A DNA stretch of 63,907 nucleotides, filler included, from Choristocarpus tenellus KU-1152 (taxonomy: Eukaryota; Protista; Phaeophyceae), in assembly GCA_964200185.2 (NCBI GenBank). It is 10 parts of 10 records of this genome, joined end to end, with 100 filler letters (N's around TTAATTAATTAA, not from the genome) between each part and the next. Parts side by side here need not be neighbours in the genome. Positions count along the whole stretch, not along the records: positions 8,123 to 16,084 come from CAXNAD020005334.1; positions 16,185 to 28,608 come from CAXNAD020001841.1; 8 more parts are not named here. One strand, 5' to 3'. The notes beneath the pieces are model-generated. The model was not told the origin of the DNA, made no database searches, and saw only the letters and a program-made list of their open reading frames with translations. The translations under genes were made by a program, and so were the position numbers. This document shows positions 11,020-22,690 of this stretch, one piece after another (the stretch's first letter is position 1; each line of letters begins with the position of its first letter).

Positions 11020-13951
11020 ATGAAAACAACCACCTTGAGCATCGCGTCGTTCCTGTCATGCGTGAACATATCTGGCGGTCACTTGTTCATGTTTCAACCC
11101 TTCACTAGACAATACACGAAAACAGCATTTTTTATAGGAAATTCCGGGTGAGCAGTGTTCGACGTTTGAATTCGCAGTTTCGTGTCTTCGCTCTATCATA
11201 GATAGAGGTCTCTTGGTGTTTCCTTCCTGAGTGTGAACCTCTTACATCTGGTCTGTTCTTGCGCATATCTTTTGTCTTCAATAGCTCTACAGAGTACTGC
11301 CCGCATTGCCTTCAAGCCAGAGGGGTAGGCGCTGTCAGGGAGCGCGCAATGAAGAATACCAACCCATTCTGGCTGGAGTCCTACGGTGGAGGAAATTGGC
11401 CTCTCAAGTACCTGTACGAGGATGGGATGGTGGCCGATAATGGCAACTACCTTGAGCCCAAAGAGATTGCTGTGAGGCATGGCGTCTGTGGTGATCCGTC
11501 TCAGGTGGGTCAACTCTCCTTCTGGATTCAAGACAATCATCGTGATTATCGGATACACCCATCAAGCTTGCCAAATGCCCTCAACTCTGGATCAAAATGG
11601 AAACCTCTCAGCCTCAAGCTAAATCCACCAATGCAGAGGCCTGGCGTTATACAAGTAACTTCTCCACACAGTGGTGATTGCACAGGGGAAGTAACTATTG
11701 ATTGACGATTTTCTTGCATATTTGTTGTGCTCCTTCTTCTACAGGGAGCGCCGGAAGGTGACAATCGCTACGGGATCGCGAACTCCAATTTCCAGGTCGT
11801 GGGAAACTACTCTGCAGGTTCTGTCATCGAGATCAAGACCATGACAAGCACCTATCACTGGGTAGGTTCTGTGTTTATTTCGACTCTACAATGTCGCGTG
11901 ACCAGCGAGAGGAACCCAGTCATCAACACCAAACAGGACACACGAAACACGCACTTTAACTCACGACACATAATCCTGAGAATTGGTCGTATTCCTCACG
12001 GGTCATTGAGTATGTGAGCAGTTACTCGGCTATTGTTGCAGGAATGACACAGATCGGAATTCAACGGGTCTGCTAAAAGAGATTGGAGAGGGAATTTTGT
12101 TAGTGGGTCTCATCCTCGACTCGTCACTTGATCCATAACATTCCTCCATCGTTCTCATCTCTGCAGGGCCACCTCGAGTACTTCATCTGTGACGCTAATG
12201 ATCTTGATGATCCTGATGAGCCAGTGACACAGGAGTGTTTCAACAAGTATCCACTCTCTCGGTCTCTCGATGATGGGGCTGCCAGCCCAATTGATCCTGC
12301 CCACTTAGGGCGCTACTTCCTTGACCCGCCATGCAGGACCAGTGAGACAGACCAGATAGTGAGACCTGAGGGCGACTTCTCGGGTCAGGTGTCCACAATG
12401 CACTACGTGCTTCCTGCCGGGCTAACTTGTGAACGTTGCATCCTGCAGATGATCTACTGTGAGTCGCTTCAAGTACAGTAGACACAAGGATTCTAGCGAG
12501 TGAATGGTCTAGATAGTTTGATGTGTAGTGTGTCATTTGGAGTACCCGTTCGGTTTAGTGCTACTACAGTAGAGCTCTCTACTATCAATAGTGCACAAAT
12601 TGGCATCAGCGTCCATTGGTTCATCCTTCCAGTCAGGCCCAAACTCAGCATGATCATGTAGCATACACTCTTCATTGCCGTTTTGCTCCGCCTCAGATAC
12701 TGGCAACTCCTGCAACCACCCTGGGTATAGGGAGTTCATACCGAAATCTGTTCCCATGGGATGTGCACCAACCAAGGACGATTGGATCAACCCAGCCAAT
12801 TTCAGGGATTGTGGTGATGACAACGCCTACCCAGAGGAATTCTGGAACTGCGCTGATATCTCAATAAGTAGTGGAAATGGTGGTGGATCCATCCCCACAC
12901 CTAGTAGCCCCAGTCCCACCTCGAGCACTGTGATGCCTACCTCAGTACCCATGCCTACAGAAGTGGAGCCAACATCGACACCAGCCATACCAACTCCCAG
13001 CAGCTCCAGTCTCTCCCCGAGCACTGTGGTTCCTTCACCAGTACCCACACCTACAGGAGTAGGGTCAACAGTGGTACCAACTACACCAACCCCCAGTGGT
13101 CCCAGTCCGTCCCCGAGCACTGTGATGCTTACACCAGCACCTACACCTATAGGAGTGAAGGCAACACAGATACCAACACAGGACGAAACAGTACCTCCTA
13201 TTGCCACTCCTGCGCCAGGGGAAGAAGTCATGCTTTCGCCTGCCCCTCAGACCACCCCATCACCGGTTGAAGTTGGAGATTGTGTGGAGCCATATGGACA
13301 GGTGTGTTTATTTTTCGATGAGACTGGGGTAACAAGATGACATCGGTTACGGTCTTGTCTTTGTTGGTCTGTATAGCAATTATTGTACTCTCCTGTCTAC
13401 TTTCGAGACATCATAAATAATGGCCTTCCTAAGAGTAACAACATCAGTCCTTCCTGCTGAAGAACTACTCAACGTAATGCCTCTCAAAACAATCAATTCT
13501 TTACCTTGAGCTCTTACCTCTCACCCCCCATCACTGGACCCCTAATTTATTTTCTTGGCAATGGCTAAATCCTTGAGCAGTGTGGTGGTGAGGGCTGGAA
13601 CGGAGCGACATGCTGCACAGCAGATCATGAGTGCGAAATGATGGCCCCATGCTACGCACAGGTGTGAATTAGTGTGTCAACAAAGGAGATATAATCCTTC
13701 AGGTAGTTCAAATTGAAATCGTTTGGCCTCTAAAATAAAACAGATCACGAAAATTACCAGGTTTGGATTTCATCCATCAGGTTAATGAATGTTGTCGCTA
13801 TTCCTGTCACTCTCTCTATCCCCTTCCTTTTTTCCAGTGCCGTCGAGTGCAGGCAGAGGAGAAAAACTGCAAGAAGAAGTGGCAGCAATGCGGGGGTATT
13901 TACTACCAGGGGTACAAATGCTGCGAAAAGGGCTCAACTTGCGTGGTGAAG
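11020..13951 (+). CDS. Secreted lytic polysaccharide monooxygenase (AA15-like) with Pro/Thr/Ser linker and two CBM1 modules
   Basis: Seven phase-compatible exons: 11020-~11147, 11285-11504, 11745-11861, 12167-12458, 12697-13301, 13581-13661, 13838-13951. Signal peptide MKTTTLSIASFLSCVNISGG is followed by N-terminal His (HLFMFQPFTRQ). Further motifs: HGVCGDP, second His in TYHWGHLE, LPAGLTCERCILQMIYYTGNSC, PEEFWNCADI. CBM1 repeats are YGQCGGEGWNGATCC...CYAQC and WQQCGGIYYQGYKCC...C. The terminal exon was not identified. Confidence 0.9.
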
Positions 13952-14116
13952 GTAGGACCCATTAAATATTTCAGGGTGTCTCTCACTTTTTCAGGCTCAG
14001 AGTATCTTGGGGAGGGTGGCAGCTGTCTATTTGGGGCCATTTTTTCATGTCGCGATTTTTTTAGTGATTTGCTTGCATATGACGGATGGATAATGTAAGT
14101 GCACTTTTCGTGGTTA

Positions 14117-14200
14117 TGACCCAGATGCTCTTTGATGATTTGGGACATATATTAACAGACACCCTGGTGTAGAACCCCCCCCCCCCAGATATTTTGGGTC
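14117..14200 (+). mobile_element. ~84-bp type-B mini-element with imperfect GACCCA...TGGGTC termini
   Basis: GACCCAGATGCTCT ... ACCCTGGTGTAGAA-C12-AGATATTTTGGGTC. No clear target-site duplication. Confidence 0.5.
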
Positions 14201-16405
14201 CCACTGTGCTTCATATTTACTTGATCAAGATTATTTCAGGGTGTCTCTCACGTTCTCAGTATGCTTCATGTTTACTTGATCGAGAATAAACAGTCTGCAG
14301 CACATTGTATACTGTCAATGGTCGTACTTTTTCTGATATTCGGCTAGGCTTCAACGCACAACTACTACCAAAACACCTCATATGGTATCTCCTTGTCCTT
14401 CTTCTGGTCTCTGAGAATGATGAAAATTGTCCCAGTAGTAAGTGGGAATGTACCTGAATACTTTGTATATATTTTTAAACATTATTCTATTTTGCAAGTA
14501 TGTAGTAAGGTGACAGCCCCAACTGACGGACGGAATAAGATACTTTTTATAATATAATCTGTGTACTTATCGTGCATATTTACACCATAGTCTGCAATTC
14601 GTGAAGAAAGTAGTGAGGACTTCACGATATAAAAGTCAGGAGAGGAAGGGAATGGGAGTCTCACACGGTCCCCTTCAACGAACGAAATGAAAGGGAAGAG
14701 TGACCCCTTACGGGTCTCTTGTTCAAGGAATCTTTATCTAACTCTCTGAGTATTAGTGAAAGCATAGACACTTACAAAAGAGGAAACACCTTAAAGAAGT
14801 TATATTCTGCACACTTCCTATCAGTGGTATACCTAGTATTCTTGGACAATGCTTTTCAGTCGTCGCGCAGTGATAATTCAAGAGATTGTGGAATGCCTAT
14901 TAATATTCGACGGTAGTAGTGCAAAAATTATGCGTTCGAAGTGATGGGACAGGTGATACAACACCTCCCTAATGGATCAATACATAATATTGATATCTCC
15001 AATAAACATATGATCCGATGTCAGATCATAACTCTCCTACTCGAGAACGTATGTTTCACTACTCCCGAGTTCAGTTCACCGAGTTGGGAAAACGATCAAT
15101 ATGGCGTGGCCTACGATCTCAAGAGTATTAAAGGAAGATGATGTAGCAAGGACAGACAGAGAAGACAGTTAACACCCTTTATCACTGCATCTCTCACTTA
15201 GATTATCTAATTTTTTGCATTGGTTTAGGTTTTAAAAGATAATGAATCATGGGGGTTGACTGGGTTCCACTATATCCGAAGAAAATATAACAAAACGCCT
15301 GTGAGTCCAACACGCCCAAATCCTGATTCTACAACTTCCTATCACACAGCCATACAGAACCATTGCTTGAAACACGTATTCAACCACATAGCCCTCAAGT
15401 ATGTGGAATGGTCAATCTCCACATATCTTAGCCATAAATTTCGTTGAAACTCATCCCCTCTCCTTCATCACAACCACCGTATTATTAACAGACTGAATGG
15501 TACTCCCAGTGCAAGTGAACAGGATTCCTCGCAGCTCCTGTTGGATATCACAAGCGAGATAAAGTTCTGCATCTCTTCCTGCCTTGAACTTTCCTGGTTC
15601 AAGCAGAAGAAGAACCTTATTCGTGAGCCGTGCTTACAAGTGTGGTGTTGTGAGGGTCGTGTATACTCTTGCCATAGGTTTTCTTATAATCTTTTGATGT
15701 GGTTTGCTCCCATACGGTCAATAAGGCAATTTCATGTTTCAGTAGACTGTGTTCTACTTTGCTATGAGAGCCATACAAGCATGAACACCAAGCGATGGTC
15801 TTATGCATGTTTGTTGTGTGATTGATATAAAAAATAGAAGCAACAAGATTAGCATTAGCGATAATGATAAGCTAGATAGAGGGCAATCGCCAGGTGACTC
15901 AGTGCATGAAATGAGTTATTATAGTAGTATATGCATTGGTGCATGCAAAGTCCATCGTTAATAAAATACACTCAATATGTATGTCTTGTCTTGTTCATAC
16001 TCCCTATGAGCATTCCATTGCAATTGAGCCTTACGACACGCCAAGCTTTCAACATATGACCCAAATTATCTGGGGGAGGGGGGGNNNNNNNNNNNNNNNN
16101 NNNNNNNNNNNNNNNNNNNNNNNNNNNNTTAATTAATTAANNNNNNNNNNNNNNNNNNNNNNNNNNNNNNNNNNNNNNNNNNNNCTTCCTCTATCTATTA
16201 CCTCGTGTGTTTGAGATTCTCAAGGGCTCAGCAGAAGTGGCAGGTGGGATTGTTGGTCTTGGTAGTGTAGGTACCTGGTCTCTTGTACCTCTGGCAGTAC
16301 CAATGGTGTACCGTACTTGACTGTGTAAGTGTGTGTCGAGTGATAGGTATTAGTGTATTGGTACCGTGGAGGTACCTTAGTGGTAAATAAATCGGGTGCT
16401 TAAAA

Positions 16406-16458
16406 GGCTGTTCGGATTTAGACTTGGCTGTTCGGATTTAGATTTTGCTGTTAGATTA
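16406..16458. repeat. Short tandem repeat, 20-bp unit x ~2.5
   Basis: GGCTGTTCGGATTTAGACTT / GGCTGTTCGGATTTAGATTT / TGCTGTTAGATT. Confidence 0.8.
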
Positions 16459-19400
16459 GTAGTAGTAGTAGCAGTATTGATAAGGGTATTAAGGTATGTT
16501 ATCTGTACTTGGTCTTGTTTTGTGTGTGTGTTTTAGTATGGTAGTAACATACAATCAAGTTTTGTGATGGTACAACAGTGTTTGTACTTATTCTGATCGA
16601 TTTGGAGCCTGCAGTGTTGTGGACTAAGGTTCGATTTATCAGTGTTTATTCTGCACTGCTGTGGTGGTGATACATTTGGCTGTTCTGCGTACTTGTGATA
16701 TAAGTTTATGTCTGATGGTGCTGTACTGGTACTATGAATTTGCCATGTTACAACAGAACCTGTCATAGTCGGCAGTGGAATAAAGTCTGCCAAACTGGAA
16801 AAATAGTATGCCATCTTTGATTAAATGTAAAAAAAGACTATTTCAACCTTTCGAGGTTAGGACTAGGTGGTAGTGTTTCCTTTGATCTTATTGCATAGGT
16901 ACGCTGGTACTTGTACCACAGTCCCTTTCACCAAGTCCTAGTCCCTGACCCGCTTACTATACCCGGTACAATACGCATTGGACATGGTCTGGATATGTGA
17001 TAGAATGTTCGGCCTGGTCCAGACGCCTGAGATGGATTGGTTCAATACTTAGTGGACATGGAGGATATGCTAGATTATTGTCTGACTGTTCTGGAAAGTG
17101 GATGGAACCTTTTTTATTTTAGTGGGTTAGTGAAAATTCCTCGATTTTGAAAGTTTGGTTGGAGACGTGAGGTGTTTGTAGAGAGTTTGAAGAATTGAAA
17201 TATTATTATTTTTAATATATATTTTTATGTCTTTCCAATTCATGTATCACCATATACCAGCCAACTCACACTCACTCATTGATAATGGATGGTTATCGCG
17301 CACCAAAGAGGTAAAGCCAACAACTAGATCATAGACAAATTGCATTCGTTGTCGTCCTGGGGCGTGCGATTGTTCTCGTTCACGAGTGATCATGGGGACG
17401 GCGACCAGCAGATTGGAATCACCTCAGAGAGCAGGTGGGTTGTTTTTATGGTGTTTCAGGTGATAGGTCGAGAATGAAAATGGCAAACAGAGAACAGCAA
17501 CTAATGAATTTGGTATCGCGTTTGTCGCTTGTTGCCCTTCACTTCTCGACTACCGTTGCGCAACGTGAGGTTCTTGAATTCTATGCCTCCATGAATGGAC
17601 ATTCATTGAACAATAATCCCGGGTGGAACTACAATGCTGATGACCTGTCCACGTGGTACGAAGTTGAAGTCGACGATGAAGGATACGTGGTCAAGATTGA
17701 CCTCCAAGGAAACAACCTCGTGGGTAAGACTTGACTGTCGTGTTTTACATTCCAAATTTGTGTGGTGCATGTCCATTTTAAGTTGGCTTCTTCAATGGTT
17801 GGCTTTGTATTTGTGATGTGTGTATCAAAGGGCGCAATGCTGTTGACTCGCTCGTGGATGTATTTTACAGATGTGCATGATCAAAGAGTTCACTCAGAAC
17901 ATTCGTGCATATGTGTTGACACATGCACCATTGACTGTGACGTCAGAATCACATCGTGTTGGTCGATTTTTTTCCACGTTATTGGTCATAAGTAGGAATG
18001 TGGTATGTGCTCATGAGGTCGTACTTGATCTCTGCCTTTTTCGGAGTTCATAGATGTAGCGTGTGTCAACACTTGTGCGGGAAGACATCAGCTAGACTCC
18101 TTTTATAAGTGACAGGAAATTGATTTATGCGATGACGCGAGCCCTCGTCTTCAAAGGTTTCACTTGTGGGATCCTTGTTAGGGGGTATAGAACAAACGCC
18201 ATATTGTATGGCCTGTTGTAGTGGAGTAGACAAAACCGTACAACAGTGAAGCTGTGTGAGTACTGCACCTTTATGTTGCGATCCGTTGCGTGCGTCTTAG
18301 TTTGGCATTTACCTCTGGAAATCCACTTTCAGGCTTTCATTTATGCTTTAGATTGCAACATTTTGAAGTGGTGACCACAAGTTACCTCTTGCACTAAAGT
18401 ATTTGTGACCAGAATGTTTTGGGCAGAACATGCAGTAACTATAGATTGATATTCCAGTTTTGATCTTGTTTGTGTTTATGTGATGTTAGTAAGTAGAATA
18501 TACCAAAAATCCGATATAACATATTTCTGGATAAATTGTAATTTCATAAAAGAATTCTGGTACACTCTCTGAACAAAACGTTTTCTACTTAAAAATGTTC
18601 TGTGGACATAATATATTGATGAGAGTAGAGTACCAATTTATTCTCTCTGATAATGCAGTGAATGAGCAAAAACATACCATGCTCTCTGTGGCATAGGTGA
18701 TTGAGATGAAATCATTAGTGCATCTGCTGGAAGGCATTGGTTGTCAGCTTATATCTGGCTCGCCGTTTTGATTTTCACTTTCAAAGTTTTTTTAATATCT
18801 TTTGAATTGATTTGATTCTCTACTTTGTTGCATACCCTGAAATGATTTGCAAACAGAATGTTTATGTCTGGCACTGAAGAATCTGAACAGCCTTGCATGT
18901 TTAGATCTAACACTGTTGTGCCAGTAGCAAAATATGTTATTTTTGTGCACTAGTATTTTTCTCACCGAACAATGGGTCTGTAGTTTCTGTATTCTTTGGT
19001 AAGTCACCGGCATGACATATGTTGAGAAATCACATCTCGTTGAGTCTTGCTAAAGATAAGGAGGCTGGTAGAGATTACAAAACCAATCAAGGAACATGAC
19101 AAGCATGTCTATGCTTCTGAGCTGGTAGAGTTGTACGTATATGTAAATTTGCACCAATATGAATTGATACAATTTAGGTAAGTTAGGTTGAATAGTAATG
19201 TGCTTTTAACTGACTGTAGGGAGATTATCCTATTGTTCTAGTACTCAATAATTTTTGTTCAGTATGTGATCAAAGGTGCTCGTGGTGTGATTCAGTGTTT
19301 TTACTATGTAGTGAGAGCCAACCATTACCATATGTAGAGCACTATTGGAGATTTTCTCTTGGCACATACATGGCATTTTGGTGTCATTTTGAGAATAAAT

Positions 19401-20378
19401 TTTGTGTTTTAATTTGTGTCATACACCTATCGTTTCATGTTATAAACTCCAGGTGTTGGTGTGTTGCTAGGATATATCTTTTGGGTATTGTTACTTTTTC
19501 ATCAAAACTGTGCAGTACAAGATGTTTTAGTCACTAATTTTGTTACGCATCTTTTTTTTTATTATTATTTTTTGTTGCTTATGACTGTACGTGTGTAAAT
19601 GTGGTAATCATTTATTGATTCATCTTTATGCTATTGAATGATATGAATGTAATACATTTTTTACAGGAACCATTCCTGCATCGCTGGGAAATCTCTGTAA
19701 CCTGAAGACTCAATCTTACAGGGTTGGCAGAAGGTTGTCCATGCAGCCTCTATTGTAGAGAGACAAATGTGTATTTTTTTTTCTTGTGTAAATATTGTCC
19801 TGGTTTCTGCCTCTTGGCCTTGTATTTAAAGTAATGTCTCAACATGGACGCATTTCACTTGGTTGCGTCTACCCAAGTCTGTGCGGCTTTAGATTGTTTT
19901 AAACGTTTTGTACGACTTATTGTGTTACTAACTCATGGTACATTTTCTTGATTATTGAGGGTTAGGGTTAGGATTGTATGGGTTAGGTTTGATATGTTCT
20001 GTTATCTATTGTGTTAGGGTTAGGGTTAGGGTTAGATTCCTGGATGGAGGTTGTTAACTCGATACCCTAAACCTCTAATTTTTTTACATCATTTCATCTT
20101 TAAATATCTTCTTTTATTCACTATCTTGTCTTGTTTTCCTCCTTCCTCTTTCTGTACCACTTGTTGCATATCTCAACGAGTCTGTTGTGTTTATGTGTAA
20201 GAGATTTTTGTGGAGATTAATATATTCCAGTCCATAAGTTTGAGGTTTATAATGTGTTGATTTTGTTATGGATGTATGTTACGGGGTGTGTCAAATTTGG
20301 TACATACGCAGATCTTCTTTGAAGTGCTCAGCTAACCCTAACCCTAAGTTTTTACTGGGATATTTTTTTTGACAATTT

Positions 20379-20641
20379 GAGTAAACATATCTTAGGGTCA
20401 GGGTACGAATTTTGCCCTGTTTATCCATTCGGGTCTTGGCTTCCGATGGATTTTTTTTGTGACAATTTCCTACTCCAAAATGTTTCAGAGTAGGCAAAAT
20501 GTATACATTATAACAAGGTGTGTATGGAACAAGGATATCGACGCTTCCTAACAAGCATGATAGCCAAAATTACATCAAAATCGCAACATTGGATTTGGTC
20601 CCCAAATAGATGCGGCCCTACCCTCTAAGATACTTTGGCTC
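20379..20641 (+). mobile_element. 260-bp MITE copy 1 (in a ROCO intron)
   Basis: Matches family consensus GAGTGAAAGTATCTTAGAGGGTA...TACCCTCTAAGATACTTTG(G/A)CTC, with conserved internal AAGGTGTGTCCGGAACAAGGATATTGACACTTCCTAACAAACACGATAGCCAAAATTACATCAAAATCGCAACATTGGA. Confidence 0.9.
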
Positions 20642-22164
20642 CTTAGCAAGTATGAACTAATGATTTATGTTTTGATTCTTCTACGTAATTGAACCTTTAT
20701 CTCAATTCGTGTGATAATGTTGGTACAGATTATATTTGTGTACAACTGAATGTTTTGATTATGTGAACATTTTTTTTATATGGAGTCAACTTTGTTACAT
20801 TTTTTATATAATGCTCCCATTATGTCAATTGCTGAATAGACTGCCTATACTTGTTTTAGTAGATGTGAATAATTTCTCCTGCAAAAGATTTTTCATTTAT
20901 CTGACAATGTGTAATTACCTGCTAATGAATTAAAATAGATATTGTAGTGCCATGCCGGGGAGTCTTCACCACCTTGAGAGCCTAAATCTCAGCTACAATC
21001 GACTTGAAGGTGAGGAGTCTTTTCTGTGTCCATGTAGGGTTAGGGTTAGGGTTAGTTGTTCTCCTGCCCTTCTAAACCCATGTAAGCTGGGTCAGCTGTA
21101 GAGCATCTCATGGGTCACCTTTGTTATTTTTGTATGCTGATTTCACATTTAAAATTTGGGTAAAGATAACTATTTCTGGTCAGAGTGTCTTGTCTAATGA
21201 ATCTGTTTTCATTAGAGACTTTTGTAATGGGTTAGGTTTAGTGTAGGTTTTAATGTGTGTTAGGAATGATAAGTTGTGTATTGATTATTGCACTTCTTAT
21301 TTTTTTGTAGCAATTATTTGTTGACCCTCCTTGATGTGTGAATATCTTCTACCTGATGTATTTCATATAATTTGTTTTTTTATGGCCACTTGCTGCAATT
21401 ATGTGTTGTAGAGTTCATGGCAAATGAGCTTCTAAAATGAATAATTTTATTTGTCACTTATGCTAACCCTAACCTTCCTGTGTGTTCTGTTAGTATCCGT
21501 TTGATAATTGGTTAGGGTTAGGGTTAGAAAGAACATTTATTCTTTTGCTATTTTCCTGACTTAGGGTTAGGGTTGACAATATCTGATGAGCAAGGTGTCT
21601 AAACAGGGGTATAGGTCAAAGTCTTGAATTATTTATGGCACATGTTGCTTAACTTGAGAATTACATGATTTGAAATCTCTGTAGGTGGTTATATTACTCA
21701 CAACAGCATGGTTTAAGCAGGTATTTTGTTTTATGTTAGGTTCCTCTTTTTGGTCTCTTTTGTGTGGGGCGGTGTTTTGAATAGGTTGGGCCAAGATGTT
21801 TAGTTAGTCTGAGCATAGAAGGTGATTTAAGAATTTGTGGTTGTAAGAATAGATGTGTTTTCAGTTTTGCATGCTTTGTCACTCCACTTTCCACTTCGAC
21901 GTTTTCTATTTTTTGTTTTGAAGGTGTTTTTCCTGTGGAATAAATTTGTGTCATTAATCGAGTACCTCACTGTTTGCTTGAGTATGTCTCAGTTTAGTAC
22001 AGGTGTTTTAATGTTTGATGTTTCAGTTTTTGAATGTTGTAATTCTATGTTATCACTTTGTCTTGTTTATCAATATTTTCTAGTGTCTATGTTTAACCCT
22101 AACCCTAACCCTAACCCTTTTGTATTTTATATCATGGTTAACTTTCAAGTGTTTGCTAATCAAA

Positions 22165-22690
22165 TCATCAAGCTCCTTTACCGCAGATGAAACCTCATCG
22201 TCACCTTCCATGAGGTTAATATGTGTTCCAACAACCAAAACAGAGGAATGAGGCACCCTGCATAGTAATACATCAGTTTACCTCTGTCTGACTTTTCATG
22301 AGAAAACTTGTGGAGTTCAACTACAAGAAGGTGCAAGGCACCCCTAGTGAGGAAAAACGGACGCACAGTCATATTCCTTGTGTGCACCAAAGTCCCATAA
22401 CATCAACTCTAGCGAATTGTCAGGTCTTGACTTCCAGGACAGTATATCCACACTACGAGTGCGATCTTCTAGTTGGTCTAATCAGGCTTCCCAGCCAACA
22501 TACTCCTGGCAAGGCTGATTTTGCCTGCACAAAGCTTTCCAACCAGAACCACCTTAAGCCTGTAGGACTTGGTTGACCCAGAACGTTTACTAGCCTCATG
22601 ATATCAATGACCTTGAGACCATGATCAACCTCTTCCGGGGGAGGTCTCACCCAAATGTTGTCATCGGTCCTTAACACTTGGGATATTAAC
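22165..22690 (-). pseudogene. Inverted paralogous copy of the ROC GTPase exon, including the P-loop
   Basis: Minus strand reads DNIWVRPPPEEVDHGL..., LKVVLVGKLCAGKISLARSML (G1 box), EDRTRSVDILSWK and PFFLTRGALHLLVVEL...KSDRGKL. It aligns at nucleotide level with 22763-23130 on the plus strand. Confidence 0.85.

Noticed and set aside
12827-13231. 134-aa Gly/Val-rich minus-strand ORF
   Set aside because: Antisense shadow of the LPMO Pro/Thr linker.
5709-13951. lysA, LPMO and ROCO as a functional gene cluster
   Set aside because: They lie on different contigs separated by linkers, so adjacency is not evidence.
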